The notes under the pieces are model-generated. The model ran no database searches. It had not been told where the DNA came from and saw only the letters and a program-made list of their open reading frames with translations. Both the position numbers and the translations under genes were made by a program. From Craspedostauros australis (Eukaryota): DNA of 20,000 bases. Position 1 is the stretch's first letter; each line of letters opens with the position of its first letter. The stretch is taken from assembly GCA_030167865.1 (NCBI GenBank), contig JALAGF010003814.1:53804-73803 (forward strand), in the 5' to 3' direction. Shown here one piece after another: positions 9,941 through 20,000 of the stretch.

Positions 9941-12900
9941 AGGTGCTGGAGATTCCCTGAGTCGGTTGGATGAGACCCCAGCGAGCCATCATACTGGCTC
10001 GCATAGAACCATACGTACAAGTACCTACCATGGCGCACATTCTCCCCTTGGCTTGGTGGCAACGGGGTGCACTTGTTCTCCGAGCTTTTACACACACACA
10101 CTCCGGAAGTACGTATGTACCTATGCGATCATCTGCAGAGTATCATACTTTGCATAGCGGCAATGAGCAGAGAAACATGGAACACTACGGCCTACTATAT
10201 GTGCCACACAGCATCCTCATCCGCACTATATGTGTTAAATTATACATTGCGCCCTGTTCGATTGCTCCAGGGATACCAACATCCGGGGCGAAGGAGAAGC
10301 ATTAGAAAACGGAGGAGGCGGGGCGCCCTCCTGATGGTAAGATACCGACATTTACACCCCAATCGACCACAATTTGATATTACTTTCCGGAATACGAGTG
10401 TAGTTCTTGTGTGTGGTAAGTGGCTCGCGCTCTGCTCCAATACATGAACACGTGCATCTGAAGATCATGAACCGGATCAGCAGTTCTGCATGCACAGAGA
10501 CAAACGAGAGGCACGATTTCCAGCTTTCTTGGCCCAAGCAAAGAGCACAAAGCTGCGCCTTCTGAAAAACGTGTACTGCATGTTCAGGCCCGAGTATAGC
10601 ATGTATGTCCGGTATCGTCATCACCTCGTGAATCTTCAATCGTCAACGACTTCCTCCTGTGCGCGCAAGTGCGCATGAGGAGGATCCTGCGATGTTGTGG
10701 TGTTGTGGTGTGCTGTGATGTTCTCTGATGTACCTATGGGTACGAGCCAGAGGTCGCACGACTCCAGGTATGTGCGGGTATGCATGAGGACTACCCTCTC
10801 CCTTTCCATTTTGTCAACTCTTCTCCTTCTTCTCCTTCTTCTCTACCCGTACTGTCTGCTTCTCATCGGATGATGATCTCTGAAAGCTTTGTCCGTTTCT
10901 GCAAGAATCAAGCCCACTACGCTTGTTGCACAAGATGTCCTCCCAGTGGCTTTTTAGATCCGCAGGTTGCACAGGTACGAGTAAAGCGAGGATGCCACAG
11001 CGTTTCGCACAGCTTTCAAAGCAGCGCCAATAGCATCGCTGCCCTTCTGGATCAGTTGGTCTGTGGCAATTCTGCTCAGACAGGTACCAGTAGGTCGAAG
11101 CGTGATGACGTTGGACAAGGGGGTCAGCATGTTCGGATTCTGGGAGCATGTAGGAGTCGATGGGAATAACAGCGGCTCCTGATGCCACTACATTCTCTAC
11201 CCCGAGAACGTTCTGATCGTAACCGCATCATGGAGAGTCATCAGCCTCATTGCTTTGGAGGCAGAAATCGGCGTCTTTGTGGTCGCTGGGCAACGCCACA
11301 CAACGAAAGAGCCCAGCACTGTACTAAGAATCAGTCAAACCGACAGAAGCGGGAGTTCGAAGAACTATTTGGTTCGATCGCATCTACGTGTCTGAAGAGG
11401 GAGATGAGGACGGCGTGGACGGAACTTGCTTTGGCTCAGGATCGTCGCTTCTGACGGACATTGGTTGGTTGGGAATCTGTACTCTAGTCGTACGAGTACT
11501 ACGGGTTGGCATATTCTAAGCTGGTGTGGCAGACCCAACTGAACTTCATTCCCACATCCCAAGATTACAGAATGGAAGCCGTTCCGATGCGAGAGAAGAA
11601 AGGCGGCGACTCATCCGCTATCATGGCTCATGATAGCGCGTGAGATGGATGGCGCAATAAGACTGTCCCAAAAGAGAGTTTGCAGCAACATCGGGAAGCG
11701 GAAAGCCTGGGAGACGAGCTTGGCTTCTCCTCTGCTGGAGCAGTTTAGGAGCTATTACTCGATTGTACTCGCACTCGCGCAGAAAAGAGATCATTCTGGG
11801 CTCTTCTCCACAAATCTTGCACTTTGGTGCGATCATGTGGAGATGCGCCATGGTGGGCCTCGATAAAGCACTGTTCACCCAGACTTGAGCCGATAGAGGC
11901 GGCTTGCGTGTGTACCACCACTTGCGGTAAGCGGATGAGGTGCGAGCCGCTATAGTACATGTTTGATATGAAATCACGAGCTGTCACGATCAACTCATTC
12001 TTAGTTGTTATGTAAGGTGATCCCTGGGCATGTCAACGGCAGTCTTGGGCAAGACTATTGCAATTCGTTGCGTTGATAAGGGGATTGTATCACCTCAATG
12101 TTTGGTGGTGTTCGTGCATTGCTCCTGCGTTTTGATCAGTTTTGATACCGTTGATGCTCCTGGCAGATACAAGAGTGCATGTATACAACTCACTTGAGCT
12201 GCAGCGCTTGTGGGAGTGCGCGCAGGAGGACAAGGTAGTCGCAGTTGGTACTGCTATCACTGTTTCTGTTGCAGCTGTGGTTACAGTTGACAGCGGCAGA
12301 GTATTCGGGTTGGACGTTCTCTCTGCTCTGAGAGAGCATCTTGCGCCGACGTAGCTCGTAGTCCCCCACAAGTACCCCCTTCACCTACCTCGTACCTGTG
12401 AGTCTCTCTTCTAGGCAGGTTCCCCACCTCCGGTCCGTGTCCTGCAGCCACTCATCGGCGTGGTAGTTTCTGATGCGGTTCCTGCTGCGGCCCTTCATGT
12501 GGTTCTTGTTGTTCCTGATGTTGTTGATGCTGACCACATGATCACGATCATGATCATGATGCTGGTGGTGATGGTGATGGCGCTTCCCCAAGGAGCTTTT
12601 GCCGTTTTAGTGTTCACATCGTGATGCGACCTGTGCCGAGATGGTCGTCTCAGCACACGCATGCTCGTTGCATGTATGTGACAGATTGTCTCCGCGAGGA
12701 GTTGCTTCTCTCTCCCTCTCGGATTTGCAAGATCGAGATGATGATGATCGCTGGCCAAAGCGGGAATGTTTCGCCCGCACAAGGTGATGCAAACAGCCGA
12801 GCCAACACGCTACCTACGACTGTCCTCATAAGTTGGAAAGCTTGAAGGACGGTGTCCGTGGCTTCCGTCGCACAGAACGTCGACACTTGCCGCCGAATAG

Positions 12901-13071
12901 CTTGGTCGATTGCACGAGCTACGTTTAATCTCGTCTCATCCCGTGAGTATCTTGGTTGTGTTTATCAATTGCGTTCGCAACGAACAAGTTGCATCAAAAA
13001 GTGAGCAGAGGCAGACAGAGAAGCAAGGGAGAGGTCGTACCAACAGGGAGAGAATCCGCATCCGCAGCCTC

Positions 13072-13088
13072 GCTGGCTGGCTGGCTGG
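13072..13088. repeat. (GCTG)4 microsatellite
   Basis: gctggctggctggctgg. Confidence 0.8.
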
Positions 13089-16000
13089 GACCAGGTACGA
13101 TGGACAGATAAAATGGCGCGCAATGGGACCCAAACGAGTTTGCGAATGATTAATTCTTGACATGATTCTATGTGAAAACAGAGACGGCTACATTAAGGAG
13201 GCCTTCGGGTAGGTCTTGTTGCCACCACGAATGCAAGACCACAAGGTTGATCCAGATCGACATGACGTGCATATCAGTACATACTTACCACATGGCACAC
13301 AGCTCCTCACGCACGGGGTAATCGTAATCGTCGCATGAAGGCAAGCCGATCACCTTCACAACGCAGCTCGGCCTCCCTGCCAGCCGAACTCATGTCGTCG
13401 ACGGCGCAACAACTGTTGGAGATTGTCAACGATCGACGTGACTGGCCAGCACGCGTATGCCGAGTGGAAGGCCACCGGAATGACAAGGAGCTCCACCCCC
13501 TCCCCTCCACGAGTACCGATGAATCTTGGTAGACTGTTGTTGGGTTTGACGGCTCTCCCCATCTGTGCGCTTCTCTCTGCTCTCGAGCAATTCAGATTGT
13601 GCTGGAGCTATCGCAGATCATACGAGAACGTGTGGCACGAGCTGTGTACGACTAGTAGTAAGACCCGCAATGCATGACAGTGCAGTAATTCGCTCGAAGC
13701 GACGCGCATCACACGAAGGCGAAGGTTTAGATTGTGCAGATCTCAGCGTGAGTTCGACGTTCTCATGTGATCCACTGTACGCGGACGATCTCCGGGCATT
13801 GCCGCTCCATTGGTACATACATGAACAGGTCTTCGTGCGAGTACAAGCATGGATGTTGGAGCACACGGCCATTGCGTGCAATGCTGTCCTAGAGAGTGGC
13901 CATGCCACAAAGGTACGACGAGTGTGACCTGTGGTGATTTGGGCATCGCTCCTTCTTTGTCGGAGGCGGCGATCAGTATTGCAAGGTACCATACGTGCGA
14001 GTCTGCCGCAATCTCGGATTGTCGCCGAGGGGTCCATACGACCGAGACACAGCGTCAACATGAACAAGATGAGACCAGGGGCGGTCGCACTGAGGACACT
14101 CCTTTTGGCACGTGGTCCACGATCAGTCCAAAGTAATTTGACGAACATGGATGTTTGCACTAGCACAACCGAGGATGCTGTTATCCAACAACAGCACAGT
14201 TGGATGCCCCGCACGCAGAAAGGATTTCGATCGAGCACAAGTATGACCGACAAATGATGGGTCGAAGAAACTCGTAGCCGCACAAGTGCGAACTGCTCTG
14301 AGGCGCGCTCAGCTCGACAGTTACTTGCGCGAGTATCGGTGCTATGTGTGTCTTGCATACGCAGCTCGTCCATTCCGAGTGCGCCAAGGCGCATGGATGA
14401 AATGGCCCAAACACTTGCATGTGGCGAGCTTCGCTGCCCTCTGTGCACGTCTACCCGATGCTCGTTCATCGCGGAAGGATCTTCTTCTCCTTGGGAGTGT
14501 TGGATACCGAATCACTCCGCTGACGAGCAGCAATGCATGCACGTACCCTCGCTCGTTGGCAGCGCACGTCCGCTGATGACAATGCTCTATTCCGCTCCCA
14601 AACAGCCGCAACCACTGGCTTACCTCCAATGCGGTGTGGTGTTTGCGCGCAGAAGTTACGACATCGCTGGCCAGTGCTTGGACGGCCATACGGTGCATAC
14701 TGCTGTTGCGTTATCGCGCATGTGGCCGTCGCCATCTGCTTGGTTGATGCGAGGCTGTGGAGGGCAGCTCCAGACACACATCGGTATCACTCCCCATGAA
14801 CTCTCCCGATGCGATTTCGCAACATGTGCGTTTCTGAAGCTATTACCAACAATCAATTGTCGACGCGCTGGAGGAATAGTCGAGTATCAATGGACGGTTC
14901 TCCTGTACTGCGTTGCGGACAACTTGTTCACTCGCGTTTCTCAGACATGATGCAAACCATAAACACAGAGCTCTCCACGAGCACTATTGGCAGGTAGAAA
15001 TGTCGTCAATGCACCCAAGTGTAAATCAGCTCAATTTAGCGCTTCGCCAACAAGTTGCTCTGACTCTATCACCTTCGCTGTGAAGAGCCAATCGATGGCA
15101 GAGAGGTGTGGTCAGCAAATGTTCATTGCGTTGTGGGCATGTTTTGTTGTTTTGTGTTCGCGTGGAGTTGCGTGCCGCCAAGCCACCCACACACCCACCC
15201 ACAGAGGCATCCAAACAACAAAATCGAACTCCAGAAATCGTGAGGAGCAGAGCAGAGCAGAGTATAATATGATGTAAAGTGTAACATGTTGTGAATGCAT
15301 TGGCAGAGACTATCCCATCTTCGTTGGGCGAGACCTTGGACAGAACTCTCATCATCTTGTATGGTGTATAATAGAATAGAATAGGTCGTAATCGTACGCT
15401 GCATGGCAGCACGAATTTGCTTGGTTGTCGACGTGTTTGCAAACCCGCATGCAGACGAGGGGCCACGTAGATCCTTTGGAGAAGAGGAGAGGGGAGGACG
15501 TGCATCTTTATGGGCTACGTCATGCGCGGTGGGGTATGGTACGCTCCATCATACAAGCTGCAGCAATACAATAGAATAATACAATACCTCGCCAGAGAGC
15601 ATCGGTCCACCGATACAAATTCATTTGAGACATGAACAACATCGATCATGGCCCCCGGAAAGGTACGAGTAGACCAAGAATGGATCAAGAATGGAATACG
15701 ATCAACCAATGTGAACCACAATGTGGCGAACATCAGACACACACTCCGCTCTCTCCGGACTCGCATCACCAGACGAGCCAGCAACCAAGAGAAATAGGTC
15801 CAAACTTGAAACACAAACGATCACGCGGAAGAGGGCTGGCGAGCCGTGTCATCGATTATTTGCTCCTTTGGTTGTGCTGGCGGTGGCAGTGAGATAACGA
15901 TGGTGGTGACGATGGTGGCGACGATGACGATTATGATGACATTATCAAACCTATATACTCGTGCTTGCTCTGCTCTATCTTGGAAGTGCAGACTCGTGTG

Positions 16001-16148
16001 TGCACATCAGGCTGACTCTGTCTCTCTCTCCCTCTCCCTCTTCCACGCACGCAAATGTTTGCGCCAAAACAAGGAACATGATGCGCGGACGCGCTGGTGC
16101 CAGTACTCTCCGCAAGTATGGAACGTCCATTGGGTGGAGTGCATTCGA

Positions 16149-16184
16149 GTATGGTATGGTGTGGTATGGTATGGTAAGGTATGG
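16149..16184. repeat. Imperfect (GTATG)7 microsatellite
   Basis: gtatggtatggtgtggtatggtatggtaaggtatgg. Confidence 0.85.
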
Positions 16185-16340
16185 AAACACCACTTTCTGG
16201 TTGTGGGATGGTTCTGCCCAACAGCCAGTGAAGAGGCGACGGCGAAGGCGAAGGTAGCGTCTGGACGAGGAACTCAGGTACATTTATACTCCATCTGTCC
16301 ACGAATGTTCTGTAGTCCCATGTGAGTGTCCGAACAAGAT

Positions 16341-17348
16341 TGACACCGTGATGTCGCTAAGTATTCTCGATGTGGGCTATAGGATGCATCGCTTGAACCA
16401 AGACGTCCTCCGCTTTCTCCCCTAAGTGCAGATTCCGATCCCCGAAGTGCGGTACCGATAGTTTCAGGGCCCGCGAGATGCGCACGTCGTCACTTAGTCT
16501 TGCACAAAATTGTCTCCACTTAAGACCCCGTTCAGGGTTCTCATGTAGTCATTTGCGGATTTTTGAGATTTACACTTAGATCATCCTATTATTTTGTAGA
16601 GAGTATATGTGTGAAGTAACAAGATCCTGGGCCCCGTAGTTAAAAAGTTTATATTTTTCGCAGTAGTCTACGTCTAAAAACGCCAAGCATGCAGACGTCA
16701 AGGGGCAAATGTGGTTCGGAATCGCCAGTCGTGCTTCGGCTTGCTGTCCAGTCGTGTCTATTGTCGACACTCCCACATTTCGCGTGGGTTAGGTGGTCGG
16801 TTTCGATGAAATGTTGAGGATTGCGTGCTAGCGGTAGGCATAATGAGGCTGCTACTTCGTCTGAACCGTGGATCAGTGGTCGAAATCTAGAGTTTTGGGT
16901 TGGTGGGTAATCCAGATCTTGACCCCCAGCTTGACTTTCACACTGTCTTGTTCTCGGTTCTGCCGCTGTTCATGCACTGGGACGTTGAACATCGTCCTCT
17001 TCCCAATCAGCACACACTGCCTTCCCTCCATATGTCTACTCTATGGTACAGCTTCGTCCTCGATTCAGGTCTATTCCCTGCCTGTGTGTTTGGACCTCCT
17101 CTCCGCTAGTCGTCGCCAACAGCCATTGTTGGCTTCTGGCCGCTGTTCATCTGCTCTCCTCTCAGCTTTGCATTTCGGTATCAATTGTCAAACTGCACAC
17201 ATAACTACTGAAGACGTATTGGCCCGTTGTTGCGTGCCCTGGTCAGAGCTCTTGTTGTTGTATTGTGAGTCGTTCGGGGACGATCTCTGACCAGTATTTT
17301 CGATTAATACGAATCGTAAAAAGGTAAGATGTACAGTGAAAGCTGTCA
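16341..17348 (-). repeat. Candidate 3' LTR of the copia element (about 1 kb; boundaries tentative)
   Basis: Starts with TGACA after the PPT-like tract and ends with TGTCA (5-bp inverted termini); contains TATAAA on the minus strand at 16653-16648. No second LTR is in the window to confirm it, and alternative termini exist. Confidence 0.4.
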
Positions 17349-19664
17349 CACCCCTTGATCTTGAGAATGACCCCTGTGGAACAGAGCTGTGATGAAAGTG
17401 GTTAGTGTTGGCTGCGCCAATGCCTTTGTGAGCATATCCGCAAGGTTCTGTGCTGATGAAACGTATACTGTAACCAGTATATCGGCTCCCACAGACTCAC
17501 GCACTTTGTGGAATGATATTGCCACTTGCTTCTTTTGTAGCAGGCTGTCTGCGATTGTCTTGTTCGAGATCACAGCATTGTTGTCGCATAATGTGATAAC
17601 CGAAGACTTGACTTGGACTCCCAGCAATCGGAGTGCGTATCTCAGTGAAACAGTCTCCTCGTTCACTGATCTCATTGCGTTGAATTCCGTGCTGTATGTG
17701 GATGTTGTGACGGATGTTTGTTGCTTGCTGGAGAAGTATACTGGCGTCCTACCCAGGAATCGTATGATGCCTGTGTTGGATCTCCTGGTCACCAGATCGT
17801 GAGCGTGGTCTGCGTCCACAAATGCATACATTGGTAGCTCTGAGTAGATTGGCTTTGGTGATCTGTCATCAATGTCTTCTGTGGCCTTGGGATATTCCTC
17901 CTTCATCTGTGCTACCAGTTCTGGGTGTGATGGCGTTGCATTGAAGTTGTCGAATATCATTGGCCTGGAATCGATCTGTGTTTGCAGAGTGGACTTGTGC
18001 TTGAGGTAGCCCCATACTTTGAGTGCACGTTCAAGATGTCCTTTCCGTAGTGATGCAGTGAAGTGTGAAAGTGAGGAAGTTGCAAATGCGACGTTGAAAT
18101 GTCCAAGCTGGACAGCCCAGTTTAGCATGCCAATGAACTGCTGGATTTTTGTTGCTTGCCAGGTGTTAGTAGTTTGGAGTCATCCGTTTCCGGATGGTCC
18201 TTGTTCCTCATGGGAACATGTTGGCTGTGAAGTGATCCATGCTGGCGCTCGCCTTTGTCCAGTGCGTTTGAGATGCATTTTCTGCATCCGGTGCTCCATT
18301 TGCCTTTTGCATTTCTGGAATAGTCATTCCTGAGATAGTATATGGGTGGGCCAATATCCTTGATTGTGTTGATCTGTTGGATTGACTTCATGTATTGATT
18401 TGTGTCCTTCGGTACAATCTTGAAATTGTTGACATGTGTGCAGATGTAGTTGTCTCCGGATTTGTCTCGGAGTCTGATCCATACATCTTGGTTGTAACGC
18501 GATGGCTTGAATCCCATGGAAGATAGTGTGTTGGCAAAGTGAGCGTGGAATCGTTGGGCACTGGATCAGAGTCCATACAATGATTTCTTGAGTACAATTG
18601 TCTGGCCCTCTCTGTGATTGAATTCCTTTCCTGCTCTCGCATATATCTTCTTGTTGGTGTAGGTGTTGACAAATGTGTTGCCAATATCGCTGCAGAGTTG
18701 CTGGAATTTGTTCGCATCTGCAATTACATGGAGGATACGCACGCTGGTGGCGTTGACTGTTGATGAGGACATGCGTATGTTGTCTACAAGCTTGATGAGG
18801 TGTCCTCCAGCTATGAGCCTTGCCTTGTGCCGCAGGTCTCGTTTGACCATGAAGATGAGCCTGAGCTTTGTGCTCTGGTATTCAGTTGATGGTCGATATG
18901 TGGATGGACGAAACTTGAAGCAGGCAAGGTTGATGAGTGCATCAATCTCCTTCTTGGCTTCCGCCTTCCACATGTCGTTGTTGTTGGCTTGGTCGAGTTG
19001 TAGTGTATGCTTCATGTTTCGTAGCACTTCGCCCCCTGTACTGGAATACTGTGTCGAAGAAGTCCCGTTTCGGCTTCTTTTTGCCTGGTCGAATCCGCTG
19101 TAGTACAGTGACATTGTCATTGCCGTCGATCGTGAATTGGTATGTGAGTTTGCTATGCTGGATGCGCCACTTGATTGCCCGGATTGCATGATTGGTCCAT
19201 TGTAGCATCAGTTGCGATTGCCAATTGTGTCGTCCGTGCCGAGTTGGTTTGTTTGCGATGATGTACCACGCCACCAGCTCCGGATGGTCTGCTCGAATGA
19301 TGTCATATTGGAACCATGTTCTTGTCTCCATTCCCTATTTGGCATTGAGGTGTAGGTGTCCATCGCGAAAGCTGTGTCCTGTGATGCTGGTGATTTCAGG
19401 TTCGTTCTTGTTGGCCTTCTCAATTTGATTTTGGGACATCTCGTTGTGCTCTTGTTCTGCGAGAGTGCTTTGATGCCCCTGAGTCCGGTGCTCCAAAGGA
19501 TCTAGCATGGGTACTGCCGCCAAATTATTGAGCCACCCAGAGACGTCGCCAGGTATTTGGCTGTCACCATCATCATCACTGTCCAAGATCACATCTGCAG
19601 CATCATTTCCGCTCGTGTCTTTGTCATCAGGCACAACATTTGGCTGTCCAAACCATTGGTCCTC
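17346..19664 (-). pseudogene. pol: Disrupted copia pol (linker/chromo-like module, reverse transcriptase, RNase H)
   Basis: ORF fragments join into one pol frame with four lesions: in-frame TAG at 19337-19335, +1 frameshift in the G5 run at 19036-19032, in-frame TGA at 18568-18566 (YGL*SS), and -1 frameshift near 18145 (QK/QQFIGMLNW). RT catalytic DD reads NN. Confidence 0.9.
17349..17356 (-). other. Polypurine-tract-like site preceding the 3' LTR
   Basis: Minus strand reads CAAGATCAAGGGGTG|TGACAG directly at the end of RNase H, resembling a copia AAGGGGAG|TG junction. Confidence 0.55.
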
Positions 19665-20000
19665 TAGTGCCTATCCGCTTTTTTGCCGAAAAGGGGCGCA
19701 AAGGGGCTACAATGGGCCACATGGGGCTACAAATTTCCCGGATAAAAACAACCAACCCTTATCACCAACAACAATGTNNNNNNNNNNNNNNNNNNNNNNN
19801 NNNNNNNNNNNNNNNNNNNNNNNNNNNNNNNNNNNNNNNNNNNNNNTTGATCGCTTGGATTCCATTTTATTGCTTGTGTTGACCCCATTTTGGAGGTTTT
19901 CCCCAAACCGACCGCGAAAAAAAAAACGGTGGAAAACGCAGGGGCTACACAGGGGCTACACGTACAATTCTACTGGGCCCTGGTACAAAATAATTTTCGG
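19665..20000. mobile_element. Putative DNA-transposon/MITE terminus with GGGGCTACA subterminal repeats, interrupting the copia element
   Basis: Abrupt compositional change and stop in the pol frame at 19673-19671. Begins TAGTG. GGGGCTACA-like units lie at 19693, 19703, 19714, 19723, 19941 and 19952. No partner TIR or transposase seen. Confidence 0.4.
19778..19846. other. Assembly gap (69 N)
   Basis: Run of N characters. Confidence 0.99.

Larger units (their letters stand above)
16341..19664 (-). mobile_element. Degenerate Ty1/copia LTR retrotransposon (CoDi-like), 3' portion only
   Basis: Copia RT motifs RHKARLIAGGH, DIGNTFVN, LKKSLYGL, MGFKPS and HVNN (degenerate HVDD). RNase H motifs FVDADHAHDLVTRRS, STYSTEF, CDN and NLADMLTK. 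A PPT-like tract and TG follow. Left boundary uncertain; gag, protease and integrase core are not in the window. Confidence 0.92.

Noticed and set aside
13281..13289. ATACTTACC, matching the 5' end of U1 snRNA
   Set aside because: Not followed by TGG, the U1 loop motifs (GATCACGAAG, ATTGCAC) or an Sm site; it is just the reverse complement of a GGTAAGTAT donor-like sequence.
13775..13792. LYADDL peptide resembling a reverse transcriptase active site
   Set aside because: No upstream QG...SP motif or other RT blocks in any nearby frame; most likely chance.
13618..14950. 283-aa minus-strand and 203-aa plus-strand Cys-rich ORFs
   Set aside because: No recognisable domain or host-like codon bias, and Cys spacing does not fit a RING or other zinc finger.
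19691..19960. GGGGCTACA arrays as CRISPR or telomeric repeats
   Set aside because: Units are 10-11 bp without unique spacers, there are no cas genes, the context is eukaryotic and the unit is not TTAGGG-like.

Overview
Eukaryotic genomic DNA, most consistent with a diatom or other stramenopile (spliceosomal intron, plant-type TOP6B, CoDi-like copia element, many microsatellites). The window holds: (1) a two-exon DNA topoisomerase VI subunit B gene on the minus strand (join 5486-4450, 4182-2535; 894 aa); (2) a divergently oriented, apparently intronless 1111-aa low-complexity protein with a small, probably folded C-terminal domain (6605-9940, +); (3) about 6 kb with no recognisable gene (about 10000-16300); (4) the 3' half of a decayed Ty1/copia LTR retrotransposon on the minus strand (chromodomain-like module, RT, RNase H, PPT, candidate LTR) with a strong CpG-deamination signature; (5) a different repeat-rich sequence that cuts the copia frame at about 19665, looks like a DNA-transposon end and spans an assembly gap. 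I found no convincing undescribed multi-gene system. The best leads are the copia chromodomain-like module, the CpG decay, the putative nested element and the orphan protein.
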